Below are positions 1 through 12,449 of a stretch of DNA of 64,000 bases, piece after piece (the first letter of the stretch is position 1; each line of letters starts with the position of its first letter). The position numbers and the translations under genes were made by a program. The notes below the pieces were generated by a model. That model made no database searches. It had not been told where the DNA came from and worked only from the letters and a program-made list of their open reading frames with translations. This DNA comes from Octopus sinensis (Eukaryota): contig NC_042997.1 in assembly GCF_006345805.1 (NCBI RefSeq), positions 203,732,001 to 203,796,000 on the forward strand, in the 5' to 3' direction.

Positions 1-86
1 AAACCATTGTCTAAAAAGTATACTGAGAATAAATACTATTAACAACAGTTGGCATTATTAAATTAGTTGTAGAGTCTATAGTTTAC

Positions 87-191
87 TTCTTGGGTAAATC
101 CGTGAAAATACGCAGAAAAACACGACCGAGTCTCGATGGTGAATCACTGTTTATGACACAACTGCCGGAAGTCAGCTCAGCTTGACACGTG
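87..191 (-). promoter_or_regulatory. Candidate promoter / non-coding first exon of a minus-strand gene running off the window start
   Basis: ETS motif CCGGAAGT at 165-172 and E-box CACGTG at 186-191, in a CpG-containing island within AT-rich DNA. Possible minus-strand donor ...CCAAGAA|GTAAAC at 86. Motif evidence only. Confidence 0.3.
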
Positions 192-517
192 AACTTGATC
201 CGCAGCCCAAAGATTCGTATTATTTGTCATCTCTTCCATAATTAGAAATAATAATAGAATTTCATGTAATAAATTATATTAAATTTAAAATTAAAAAGAG
301 TGTATTTTTTTTTACTCTGATTTATTAAAAAAAAAAACCCCAAAAAAACAGAACGAACTGTTACAATTTTAAATAGTATTAAAGTTGTAGCAATAACATT
401 TCATAAGTTAGTTTATGAGTAGGAATATGTTTATGTAAGAGTTATTTCCCCTCGTAATTTCCACTTTGACATGAGTCATTTCAGATTTTGCCTTTTTTTC
501 CTTCTCTATATAAATAC

Positions 518-553
<36 letters not shown>

Positions 554-564
554 ATGTATATACA

Positions 565-950
565 TTCTTTTATTTTTCTGTTTCAGTCATTTGACTGCGG
601 CCGTGCTGGAGCACCGCCTTTAGTCGAGCAGATCGACCCCAGGACTTATTCTTTGTAAGCCCTGTACTTATTCTATCGGTCTCTCTTGCCGAACCGCTAT
701 GTTACGGGGATGTAACCTCACCAGCATCGGTTGTCAAGCGATGTCGGGGAAAACAAACACAGACACTCAAACACATACAGACATACGACGGGTTTCTTTC
801 AGTTTCCGTCTACCAAATCCACTCACAAGGCTTTAGTCGGCACGAGGATATAGTAGTTGACACTTGTCCAAGATGCCTCGCAGTGGGACTGAACCGGGAA
901 CCATGTGGTTGGTAAGCAAGCTACTTACCACACAGCCACTCCTGCACCTA
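565..950 (-). mobile_element. tRNA-derived SINE, family A
   Basis: The minus strand begins with a tRNA-like head (A-box TGGCTGTGTGG, B-box GGTTCAGTCCC). The same ~390-bp sequence recurs at 11250, 14440, 20695 and 60670. Confidence 0.85.
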
Positions 951-1080
951 TTATGGATATTATGGATCTTGTTAAATTTCTTCAAACTGCTTGAAGTATT
1001 TCAAATTTTCACCAGAATGCGTTAAACAAATATAGTTTGATGTGGTTTTGACTGCTGATAGCGAAATTCGCATTGATTTT

Positions 1081-2664
1081 GGTAAATTTTGGGAAGTACA
1101 CCCACACGAGTTTCACTAAAGAAAAAAAAACTTCGGATTGTTTGCGCGGGATCAAGTACCCCGACCTCCTAATGTGCCGCAAATTCCTTATTTTTGTTCG
1201 AAAAAAGGGGGTGGGTGGGAAACCGGACCCTCTCCATCCCGTAATTATTGGAAATTTTTCTGTTTGTTTCGTTGAATGAATTACGGCGACCTCGTAATGT
1301 GCTACAAAAAACATTTTTTTGTCCGGAAAATGGGGTGGGCGGGTGGGTGGGAGAGAGGGTGTGTGTGGAACCCTCAGAAATTTCACCCCTCCCCATTTTC
1401 AAATTTATTTTGCTATTTCTTTCTTTTCCAATATTTTTAGATAAACATTTTGCAGAAATACGTTTTCGAGAGTGTGGATTACATTAGATTGGAAATTCAA
1501 ACAGAGTTTGGTAAGAATAAGAGAAAATGCTGAAGTTATAAAAAGTTAGTGGTAACGAAGTCTGGGCAGGGGGGGGGGATAAAGAACGCTAGTGTTTGTG
1601 TGTGCGAAACAAACAAAAGTATAATATTAAAACAAAATATCTTTTTCATGCCTCTTAAAATCCCAGATTGTAGAACAGATTTGAAAAAGAAATCTACTTT
1701 CCCATCGCAATTTTGGGCGCCGAAACTCTAACCGAGTTAGAAATGCGTTTCATTTTTGTGTGTGGAGAGAGAAGAGAAGAGAAGAGAGAGAGAGAGAGAG
1801 AGGGTAAAGACGTGTGTTGTCATGTATGTATTTTTTTGCATGTATGTGTAAGTGGCACTCTCTGTTTCTCTCTCTCTCTCTCTCTCTCTCATATACATCT
1901 TTCATGTAATACACGAAGTTTACCTAAATTTTTAATGGTATAGCAATATATATCATATATATCATCATCATCATCACCGTTTAATGTCTGCTTTCCATGC
2001 TGGCATGGGTTGGACGTTTTGACTGAGGACTGGCAAGGCAGGAGGCTGCACCAGGCTCCGATCTGTTCTGGCAAGGTTTTTACAGCTGGATTACCTTCCT
2101 AACACCAACCACTCCGAGAGTGCAGTGAGTGCTTTTTAAGTGCCACCGACACGGAGGCTTGTCAGGCGTCACTGGCATCGACCACGCTCGAATGGTGCTT
2201 TTTATATGTCACGGACACGGGGGCCAGTCAGGCAGCACTGGCATCGACCACGCTTGAATGGTGCTTTTTATGTGCCGCCGGCACTGGCATATATAATATG
2301 CGGCCGATACCAATGCTAGTGGCACGTAAAAAGTACCATTCGAGCGTGGTTGATGCCAGTTCCACCTGACTAGCCCCAACGCCAGTGGAACTTAAAAAGC
2401 ACTCACTACACTCTCAGAGTGGTTGGCATTAGGAAGTGCATCCAGCTGTAGAAACTTTGCCAGAACAGATAGGAGCCTGGTACAGCTTCCTGGCTTGCCA
2501 GTCCTCAGTCAAAATGTCCAAGCTATGCCAGCATAGAAAGGAGACGCTAAAAGATGATGATGATAATAAATATAATATAATATATTGTTATACCATTGAA
2601 AGTTTAGGTAAACTTCGTGTATTACATGAAAAATAATGTGTTGTTGTTTGAGAGAGAAAGAGAA

Positions 2665-2722
<58 letters not shown>

Positions 2723-3002
2723 TACCACTTACACATGCATGCAAAAAATACATACACGACAACACACATCTTCACTCACTCATTCTCTCTCTCTCTCTTT
2801 TCGCACACAGACACAGACACACACACACACACACACACACAAATGAAACGCATTACTTACCCGGTTAGAGTTTCGGTGCCCAAAATTGCAAAGGGTAAAT
2901 GGATTTCTTTTTCAAATCTATTCTGCAATCTGGGATTAAATATATCCGATGATTTTAAGAGGTAGGAAAAAGATATTTTGTTTTAATATTATACTTTTAC
3001 TT

Positions 3003-3076
<74 letters not shown>

Positions 3077-3680
3077 TGTTCTTTATCTCTCCTGCCCAAA
3101 CTTCGTTACCACTAACTTCTATAACTTCAGCATTTTTATTAATCCTTTTCAAACTTGTTTGAATTTTCAATCTAATGTAATCCACGCTCTCGATTATCTA
3201 AAAATATGGGTAAAGAAAGAAACAGCAAAAAAAAAATGAAAATGGTGGGGTGAAATTTCCGAGGGTTCCACCCCACCCTAAAAAAAATGTGGATTGTGCT
3301 CGGATTTTTCGCGTGGAATCAAGTACCCTGACCTCCTAATGTACTGCAAACCTCTTATTTTTGTTCGGAAAAAAAGTGGGGGTGCCCCGCCCCCATTCCA
3401 TAATCATTGGAAATTGAGCGTTCCACCCAACTCCATCTCCCATTTTCTGGACAAAATAAAAAGTGTTTTGTGGCACATTAAGTCACCGTAGTTCATTCAA
3501 CGGAAAAAAAATCCAAATGATACGTGATTGTTTTTCCGGATCCTTCCCCCTCTTTTCCGAACAAAAATAAGGGGCTTGCAGCACATTAGGAGGTTAGGGT
3601 ACTTGATTCCACGCAAAAAATCCGAAGTTTTTTTTTTTACTAACTGAAACTCGTGCGGGTGTACTTCCCAAAACTTATCT
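1081..3680. repeat. 2.6-kb degenerate palindrome (foldback) centred at 2294
   Basis: Arms match block by block in reverse complement: 1081-1400/3420-3680, 1480-1590/3070-3190, 1590-1750/2840-3010, 1750-1960/2550-2800, 1980-2290/2300-2545. The centre is GCATAT-ATA-ATATGC. Confidence 0.9.
1965..2292 (-). mobile_element. SINE/LINE-tail element (family D) with (GAT)n tail, mirrored at 2296-2560 (+)
   Basis: (CAT)n followed by CGTTTAATGTCTGCTTTCCATGCTGGCATGGGTTGGACG. A related copy lies at 4325-4550 and a stub at about 32695. Confidence 0.7.
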
Positions 3681-3790
3681 CGATTTTTTTCCTAGCAATT
3701 CATAATGAAGAAGTTAGAAGCATTTAAACTTTTGTGTATTTAGTCTGTCGGAAACCTCCATTGCCCACATATCGGAAATTGCATCTGTCT

Positions 3791-3804
3791 GTTGTCATGG
3801 AAAC
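3791..3804. promoter_or_regulatory. RFX X-box-like motif
   Basis: GTTGTCATGGAAAC fits the X-box consensus GTHNYY-AT-RRNAAC. Confidence 0.35.
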
Positions 3805-4290
3805 TAACACTCGCATGAATTAATCAAGGAGGACGAAACGTTTACGTCGTTTCTCGACCTGCTAGTAATAGCAGCCGAATCTTCCTTAAACTACACCATA
3901 AATAAAAAGGGCCTTATATAACATATTTGAAGGTAGACTATTTTGGAAAGTAAGAGGGAATTGGTTTGGATGCCATCGACAACAGATTTATTTGATTACG
4001 GATTGGTTTCTTTAATTCACAATTAGAGCACCGATGCTCCATAATACGGTCCTAAATTCACAGCGGTTCTAAACATGTTCATCATATGCACTCATAAACA
4101 CATTGCTTAAACACATAGTGTGTTTGAGGAAAGAGTTTGTAATATTAAATATCATAAATGTGTCTGCAAATCAATAAACGACCACTGGTGTTTACATAAA
4201 CACGAAAAACTATATAAAAAATACATATTTTGAAAAGAAACTGGTGAAAATTTGAAATACTTCAAGTGGTTGGAAGAAATTTAACAAGAT

Positions 4291-4324
<34 letters not shown>

Positions 4325-4326
<2 letters not shown>

Positions 4327-4550
4327 GCACCTGTGTTGACGCCACGTAAAATAAAACACCCAGTAAACTCGGTAATGTGGTTGGCGTTAAGGAGAGAATC
4401 CAACCGTAAAATCCTTGACAAAGCAAGCAATTGGAGCCTGGTGCAGCGCTCCGGCTGTCCAGCTCCTGTCAAACCGTCCAATCCGTACCAGCATGAAAAA
4501 CAGACTTCAATGATGATAATGACAATGATGATGATGATGATGATGATGAT
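4325..4550 (+). mobile_element. Family D SINE/LINE-tail element
   Basis: GGAGCCTGGTGCAGC...AAACCGTCCAATCCGTACCAGCATG followed by a (GAT)n tail. Similar to 1965-2292. Confidence 0.65.
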
Positions 4551-4863
4551 ATCACACACACGCGCACGCGCGTATGTATGTCATTATTCAGTCTATTTCA
4601 AGATTTCTTGCCAATAGAGAAAAAACCGGTTTCTAACCTAGATCCAAGCATCCTACGTTGGAATTTCAACATCAACAACAGGGTATTTTTGTATGTATAC
4701 ATTTTTGCATACATACATACATACATACATACATGCGTACAAAGTGTATGTATGTATGTATGTATGTATGTATGTATGTATGTATGTATGTATGTATGTA
4801 TATGTACAGATTTGTATGCTTTGTTTTATGTATGTATTCTCATGCATATAGTTGCATATATAT

Positions 4864-6140
4864 TTAAATGATAAACTTCTGGAAATTTTTACAGATTTTT
4901 ACAGTTCCATTGATGGATTAGATCTGTAGTCTTCGAATTAGCTTTCTCCTTTCTGGTTTTGAGAGGCCTAATTTCTCAAGATTGGTATTTAGGCAGGGTG
5001 TTACATATCCCAGGGCCCCAATAATTACAGGTATAAACCTGAGATTGTAATCTGGATAGAGTAACTGCAGATTTCTCAATAGTTCAGTGTAGGTGTTCTC
5101 TTTTTCACTGATCCTCAGCTTTATGTTAACATCTGCTGGGCAGCTGATTTCCACAAATGTGCAGTTTCTCTTCTCCATCCCAAATCATTATATCAGGTCT
5201 GTTGTGCTTACGTTTTATTGAGGCCATCACCGGTACATTTCACCAGTATTCCTTTTTATTATGAGTGGCTATGGCATCTACCATATGGTGGGTTCTTATT
5301 TCTTTGCCCATGGGATTATCTTTCCGACGGATTTCATTATAGAGTGTCTTAACTACAATGTCGATGTCTCATCGGTAGATAATACCGTGATGACATTTTC
5401 GGACAACTGCATATGATGTGGGTGATAACTTCAGTGTGAACTCCACAAAGTTTGCATTGGTTGTCACATTTTACGGCTTTTCCTGCATCTCTATCCCTTT
5501 TGTGCATCAGATACTTGGTTGATATTTCCTGATCCGGCATTGCAAACACATACACTTCAAAGTGGGAGGTAGTAATCCGGCTATTGGTCCATAATAAACT
5601 GCTTTGATGATCAATGTTACTATCATCACGGAGCTTTCTGCTATCATATCCATGTATAGTCTTCTGCTCATATAGGCTCATCCTTTCATCTGATGATGCG
5701 TTGCAGTAGAGTCGTGCGGCTTATTTGAGCATGTATTCTAGGTTATTAGACAAAGAGTGTTGCTCAAGGTGTTGCCTTCCAAGTCTTATGATGTTATTAG
5801 CTTCATGTATGCAAACTTGGTCAAGGGATGCACTTCGACACTTGGTGCTTAAAAATGTTGCCGAAGGGATGTGATGCGACATTGAAAGGCATTTGGGATC
5901 GATGTTAAGCTTCGGCCACCTTGTTTTCGTTTTAGGTAGAGGCAGTCTATAGCACTGTTTATGTAGAAATTATGTGTACTTGTTAGTATTTTTCGGGTTT
6001 TCACATCAATGGCTCGGATCTAATCAAGCGTCCAATCTTGTAGCGGGAGAAATTGATTTGTAAACAATATTATGAAATGTCGGAGTCAGCAGTTGTAACG
6101 ATAAAAATTTGTTGTTATAATGGCATGTTGTAGGATGTGA
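4864..6140 (-). mobile_element. 5'-truncated R4/Dong-like non-LTR retrotransposon (RT C-terminus, CCHC knuckle, restriction-like endonuclease), decayed
   Basis: Peptides AIDVKTRKILTSTHNFYINSAIDCLYLKRKQGGRSL (RT thumb), CKLCGVHTEVITHIICSC (CCHC) and FVEISCPAD...IPVIIGALG (RLE). Contains stops and frameshifts. Confidence 0.9.
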
Positions 6141-7349
6141 AAGATGAACATTACATGAAGCCTAAAGGAAATATTTACTTACTGTTTCGTTACAACACCT
6201 TGCCTCGACGGGCAGGTTATGATAAATCCAAAAGCATGCGAAAGAAAGTTAGATGTAGTAGAATTTTTCTTTGCATAGTTTGGCGTACACAAATTGTTAG
6301 TAGTATTCCACAGATAGCGATAAATGATGTAAGAGAACAGAATTAGAGCTCGTGAGAGTTGTAGGGTGTTGTCTCACAGTTGCTGACCAAGGTTCTAGCA
6401 GGGCAGCCAGACATCGTTCTCACTGAGTTGTTACCGTAGTGGCTAACTGATTTTTGCTTGGGGTGTTCTTGCTTTTATAACTATCCAGAAGGATAGACAT
6501 ATCATTGTGAACAATAGATTTAGTTGGTGGTCTTCTTATCTCTATTCTAGCTTTTGGTGAAGTAGAAGAGGTTAGATAGGGTCAAGTGGTGAAGACATTA
6601 TCTCGGCCTAGCTAAAGGCAATCTGGCAAATGTAAAACTGCTGTCAGAGAAAAACCATTGTCCCACCGTGAGAAAAGTTCTGTTGCAGTGTTAATTTAAA
6701 TTTGGCTATGGTGGATCGAATCCACTTCATGCATGCAAGATCCACTACACTATATAAGGATTTGTATATTACACTGTTAGCACTTGTGTCATTTACCTAT
6801 TTCCTCATTCTGTTTTTAGTTGTCAGGTTGCGTAGTATAGTATTCATGTTTTCTGTTGAGGTTCGGTCTGTATTCTATTTTGTATGTAGCCCCCATAATC
6901 TGTCTGAGTATCGTGTCTGTTCTATGTGTCGATTAGAGCCTAGCATCTATATTGTCAACCGGTGTTCAAATTGACCGTATTAGTAGAGCCCTGACGAGCT
7001 TTCCTCTTCCTTGAGTTCCCGCTAGTATTCACTTATCCGCTCACCTATGCTATGTGCTGTCTCTCCAGTGTAGGTCACCATCTCTTTATACATCTTATAA
7101 TATAGACTACGTTCCTAGTTTCACAGTCTATCTTTGGGCTTATTCTATACACTATACAGTTCCCGTCTGTACAAGGATTTCTTCCTATCTATTAACAAAG
7201 CAATGTGTTGTTACAATGAATGACATAAAAGATGGTATTTAAGCCAATTTCTCTTTCTCTTTGATTTCCAGAAAAGTTTTTTAAATACTTCGAAATCAAA
7301 ATTGGGCGCACCCGTACGTTAGATAAGCAGCCGGCAAACAGTCTATTCA

Positions 7350-8260
7350 CATGCTAGAAATAGCAGCCAAATCTCACACAAACTCTTTTACGCACATATT
7401 TTTTTTGGAAATTTTTTTTCATATACGATTCATAGAAGCCGATTATATCGCAATTTTTTTTTTTTTTTTTTTGAAAAAGCTATTCGTTGGGGGTGGGTAT
7501 GAGTTTCGATAAAAATCCCAAACTGGTCGGATTTGTTTCTTGGCAAAAAAATTTCAGAGAAATTTTCCGCGGTAAAAACAGGTATTATATATATTGTGTG
7601 GCAAAAAGTGAAAATAAAGCGTTCATTTTATTTATTTATATATATATATATATGCACAACTGAAAGTGTTGAAAATTTCCGAAGTGTTTTTTTCCCCTAC
7701 AAAATGAAGAAAATATGAAAGAAATTTCATGTTACATATCATTGGAATTTTCAGGGTATAAACAGAGTTCTTCGACATTGTATTCCGAGATCCTTGTAGT
7801 CCATTTTGAGATTTCACTCGGTGGCAAAAAATGAAACAATATGAAAGCATTAAATAAGCCTTCAAGCACATGGTAGAAATAGCAGCCACACAAACACTTT
7901 TTCGCACATATTCTTTTATATGACCTAGAAATTGATTATATCAGATTTTTTTTTTGTTTCGAAAAAGCTATTCGTGGGGGTGTTGTAAATTTCCAAAGTC
8001 CCCCCCCCCTATAAAAATGAATCTTGAAAGGGTATTTACAAAATAAGTGAGTACGGAAATAACAGCCAAAATCTCCAACAAACTCTTTTGACATCCACCC
8101 ACACACATCTGTATGTGATGCACATACAACACGAATTCGTAGAAAATATCAAAGAAATTTCATGTTACATACCGTTGGAATTTATGGGGAATAAAGCTCG
8201 CAGTTATGATTTCCGCGATCCTTGTAATTCCATTTTGAAATTTCTCTCGGTGTCCTGAAA
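7350..8260. repeat. Diverged local duplication of unclassified repeat modules
   Basis: ATAGCAGCC...CACATAT...GAAAAAGCTATTCGT occurs at about 7360 and 7878. GAAATTTCATGTTACATA...GATCCTTGTA..CCATTTTGA occurs at about 7720 and 8155. Confidence 0.55.
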
Positions 8261-8606
8261 GGGAAATCAGTGACCCAACAAAATGGAAAAAAATAAATAA
8301 ATGAACGCTTAATTGTAACTACACAGTATTCGCGATAAAATAATGGAAAAAATATATGTGATCGATCTAATCACCTTTCTGCAAAGATTTATATCAGAGA
8401 AATTCACGCATTCCGATTTTCCCCCTTATAACTTTAAAGAAAATGGACATCTTGGAAATAAATGTTTTCCTGAAAGTTACGAGGGGGAAAAAACGAATTT
8501 TGTGACATTTCGGAAAGTCCCCCCACCCCGCCTCCGTTCCTTTGCTCCGTATGTTTGCCGACTGTGACAGAAAGTGAAATGACAGTATAGAATTAAATAT
8601 TCTTAC

Positions 8607-9608
8607 CTATGTCCGTGGCTTGTAAAGTTCACCAGCATCCTGAATGAACGTTTGGAATAGATCCTTCCCTCTGGGAGCAGACCTCCACTTGTATTCACAC
8701 AGATGCGCCGACAATCTTTCGTGTCTAGTGTAATCTCTGACATTTGACGTTTGATCTGCCACCACAGACTTTCGATAGTGTTTGTGCGCGCTCCGGTGAG
8801 AAGATCCACGAAGTTGTATTTGGGATTTACAGTCAGATGCTGGAAACCGACAGCTCCAAGGCTGTCGTCTGCTTTCCAGCAATCGCTAATTATTGTTGTC
8901 CCAGGCTTTTTATGGTGTAAAATATCGGTTCTAGCGTTGCCCTGTCCCGCTTATTTTCCGGCAACGCAATTAAAAAAAGTTTCTTTTGTTTCCCGGCATA
9001 TGCATTCGAACACCCACTGGCCTTCAACAAATCTTCCCCGTCGATACTTGGTTTTACCGAATTTCAATTCATCGATTTCCACAGTAAGTCCTGGGCCGCC
9101 AATGGGTTCGTCCGTATGCAGTTTTATTTCCACCGACCTTTGGCAAACTTCACGACAGTGCGAAAAATAGTCTGCTACGGTTTCTGTGGATGTTACTAAC
9201 ACGTTGCCATTGTCCCGAGTCACTTTCAGGCAAAGAAATACTCATTTCATGGATCGTTTGATGATATGGTAACTTATAGATAAAGCAATAAACTAGTAAC
9301 ATACTCTTTCTCAAAGACAAATTACTTTACGCAAACCAAATTCCCTTCCGAAGTGCAATTTGTTTTTTTTGAGTTCTTGCACCTTTTCTTGTTGCACTGG
9401 AACCTGCACCCTGAATGCAACCTTTCTGGACGCTTAATTTTATAAACCTTGCTTAATATAGCTCTGCAAGATGGGCAACGCATTTGTTTCGGAAGCAGCC
9501 TAATTTCCTATGAGAAAGTTTGTACAGATTCACGCCATGCTTTTTACTTCGTTTTCGCGATACTGGCGAATCAGTCGATGCGGAAGGCTGCTCACAATCA
9601 GACGACAT
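8607..9608 (-). pseudogene. Merlin (IS1595/ISXO2-like DDE) transposase pseudogene
   Basis: Across frameshifts: MRCPSC...CNKKRC zinc ribbon, LRKGIWFA.SNLSL, ADYFSHCREVC, IGGPGLTVEIDELKFGK..Y.RGRFVEGQWVF, ISDCWKA, FQHLTVN, TNTIESLWWQIKR, HLCEYKWR. The D, D and E catalytic residues are all visible. Confidence 0.9.
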
Positions 9609-9714
9609 CTTGAAGCGAACTAAGAATGCACCTTTCTACAAATAAATTTTCTGTAACGGAAATTCCAGTATTCCCTGTGTTAAATACACTGTGTACAAGT
9701 GTCAGTTCCCTGCT

Positions 9715-9748
<34 letters not shown>

Positions 9749-10026
9749 CTGCGACTGCTAAATAATGTGATTCTATATTGGTTGATTGGCCAAAGTGTTA
9801 GATTTATATGATGGTCATCAGGATTAATTTAGGTCAACTGGTGAACTTTGTGTGAAACAGCTAGTGTCAAAGGTCGAAATGAAAATTCATGTATTATCTT
9901 TTGACAGGACAACGAAATTTCTCTGGCGCCTCCTCTTTCACCAATGGTGGATCAGATGAGCGAGAATCCTGAGATTTGGTTTCGAATCACAGATCGGGAA
10001 AAGGAAGCGTTACTTTTTACATAACG

Positions 10027-10057
10027 ATTGCCATGACGACGACTATAGCATGGAAAC
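10027..10057 (+). promoter_or_regulatory. Tandem X-box-like motifs, possible promoter
   Basis: ATTGCCATGACGAC and TAGCATGGAAAC. A possible donor GATGTAG|GTAG lies at about 10075 and a strong acceptor TTTCTTCTTTTGCAG ends at 11087. Confidence 0.25.
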
Positions 10058-10679
10058 AATAGGAAGCTGATGTAGGTAGTCCCTTATCTACATATACCCA
10101 GCTACATATACCAGATGGCTGTCCGCGGGTTCAGCCGTATTGTTTTTGGTTAGGCATAATCTATAACAGCATTTCTCAAAGTAAAAAATGAAGAATTTAG
10201 GTGTGGGGGGGCGGATTTTTAAATGCCTATTTTTGGCATTTTCCCGGAATCTCCGTAGCTGAAAACGTGGGTTTTTGGAGAAAAAAATGTTCGGAGATAG
10301 GGATGGGGGGGGGGCAGACGGAAGTCTTTCTATTTTTTTCTTACTTTAGATGCTCGTGTTGTTTTTGACAAAATATACCAGTCCTGAATTGTAGTGTCGA
10401 ATCGCATACACATTGCTTACATACTCACGTCGTCTTCAATGATCTCAAACTACTTTCATGATATTACCTAGCATATTGTATTACAGAACACTCCCAACTA
10501 TCTACGTTCGTTATTTCATGAACGTTGTTCCGTTAAGTTATTTATATGATCACTTGTGGGTTATTATGTGATCACTTGTAAATATAAACGACGTGGGTTA
10601 ATAAAGATATGTGAAAACTCAAATATTAGCCTGGTCATTCTCATCTTGTTCAAAATTGTGAACTACCATTATATATATA

Positions 10680-11030
10680 TTATATAAAATCCGTTCTGTC
10701 TGTGTGTGTCTTCTAGGATCTCGGGCATCCTCCATCCGATTGTGCTCAAATTTGATATGTAAATACCGATGGTATCAGGGCGTGTATAAGTCTTGAAAAA
10801 AATTACAAAAATCGATTCCAGGTGAGAATGCTATCGATAAAGCCGTTTTTGTCCTGCTTTTCTTCCATCAACCTGTACATAACTGCACCTTCCATTTTTG
10901 TTGTTTTTGTGCGGCTTAAAGGCACGTTTCTTTCCTGCCAAACTTACTGTTTAAACCATGTTTGTGTTCTCCCAGTCAACAGCCTTATCATTACTGGTAC
11001 TTTAAACTCTTTGGTTGCATATTTGTGCGA
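10680..11030 (+). mobile_element. Non-autonomous Helitron/HINE-like element
   Basis: Starts at (TA)n, then CTGTCTGTGTG. Carries the CATCCGATTG..CAAATTTG core, resembling the motif in 22339-22703 and 27336-27682. Confidence 0.4.
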
Positions 11031-11249
11031 ATAAAATCGTTTTTCTTTGGAATAGAAAAAAGTCTATCTTTATTTCTTCTTTTGCAGGTGTCTCAAATTT
11101 AGATTAAATCAGTGTTTCTCAAAGGGGAGGCCTATGGGACGGTCAGACAAGCTGTTTTGAGAAAATTTGGTTTAAATGTTTGACAACTCAGCACCGTCCA
11201 TTGGACGGGGGTGGCTTTTCGCTCGTGTATATATATATATATCTTTTAT

Positions 11250-11690
11250 CTCATATCTTTCGCTTGTTTCGGTCATTAGACTGCGGTCATGCTGGAGCAC
11301 TGCTTTGGAGAATTTTAGTCGAATGAATTGGTCCCAATATTTACCTTTTTAAAGCATGGTACTTATTCTAGCAGTTTCTTTTGCGGATCCGCTAAATTAC
11401 GGCGATGTAAATACACAGACATCGGTTGTCAAGCGATGGAGGGGGAAAATACAAACACAAAGACGCTCCCTATCGCACACAGACACACAGACACAGACAC
11501 ACACACACACACACGTACACACACACAAAAGGATTCTTTCAGTTTCTGTCAACCATATCCACTTACAAGGCTTTGGTCGGCCCGAGGCTTCAGTAGAAGA
11601 CACTTGCTCAAGGTTCCATGTAGTGGGACTGAATCCGAACCCATGTGGTTAGGAAGCAAACTTCTTACCACACAGCCACGCTTTCGCCTA
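11250..11690 (-). mobile_element. tRNA-derived SINE, family A
   Basis: Similar to 565-950, with an internal (CA)n. Confidence 0.8.
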
Positions 11691-11699
11691 TATATATAC

Positions 11700-11865
11700 A
11701 TTTTTCTCTCCTTGTTTTTTTCTGTGTCCCTTTCTGTAGAAGAGCGTAGGCTCGAAACGTAAAAGACTTTTTCAATTCCTGAGCGTTATACTAATACATC
11801 TGTTTGTTTTGTACACCACCTGTCTTCGTCTTTTGTTTTCTTCGTGAACTCTCCCTATGTATATA
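11700..11865 (+). mobile_element. PLE pLTR-like module with variant minimal hammerhead
   Basis: CTTT-CTGTAGA-A-GAGC-GTAG-GCTC-GAAACGTA-AAAG at 11730-11764. Flanked by (TA)n. Near-identical to 29560-29720. Confidence 0.6.
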
Positions 11866-11889
11866 TATATATATTCTTTTTCTTTTCCT

Positions 11890-12400
11890 CCCAGTCCCTC
11901 CGGACTCCTGTTCATCCTTGACAAAAAATCTCTATACACTGATATCCCTCACAATGAAGGCCTCCTTGCATTAAAATACTTCCTGGATCTTTGTCCTGAT
12001 CCCCAGCCTGACACCTCTATCCTCCCCCGTTTAGTTGAACTTGTCCTCTCCTTAAATTAATTCTCAATCGAGGGAGAGTTTTACCATCAGGCCTCAGAAG
12101 TGGCCATGGGAACGAGAATGGGCCCCAACTATGCGAAATTGCTCGTCGGCTGTGTTGAAGCCCAAATATTCTCTCAGTTAACTGGTTCAACTCTTGAGCT
12201 ATGCAACGCTACACTGACAACTGTATCAGCGCGACCTCAGTCTTTCACGAACATCTCGACTCCTGCCTTTCTTTCACCCGGTCTTTCCATCCTGATCTTC
12301 AATTCTCTTGCTCTGTCTCCAACAGCTGTCAACCTTCTCAACATTTCTGTTATCATCCACCAAAACTGCTCCGATAATTATTAACTGGTAATTGAACGGT
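11890..12400 (+). mobile_element. Penelope-like RT fragment
   Basis: LDKKSLYTDIPHNEGLLALKYFL...LVELVLSLN*FSIEGEFYHQASEVAMGTRMGPNYAKLLVG, matching the PLE RT motifs A and B'. Confidence 0.8.
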
Positions 12401-12449
12401 AAATGTGTATTTTTATATACCTTGGACCGACCACCTCTTTGCTCTTTTT

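Noticed and set aside
9916-10026. Short ORF after an acceptor-like AG with gag-like NPEIWF
   Set aside because: Under 40 codons, ends in a stop and has no supporting retroelement domains.
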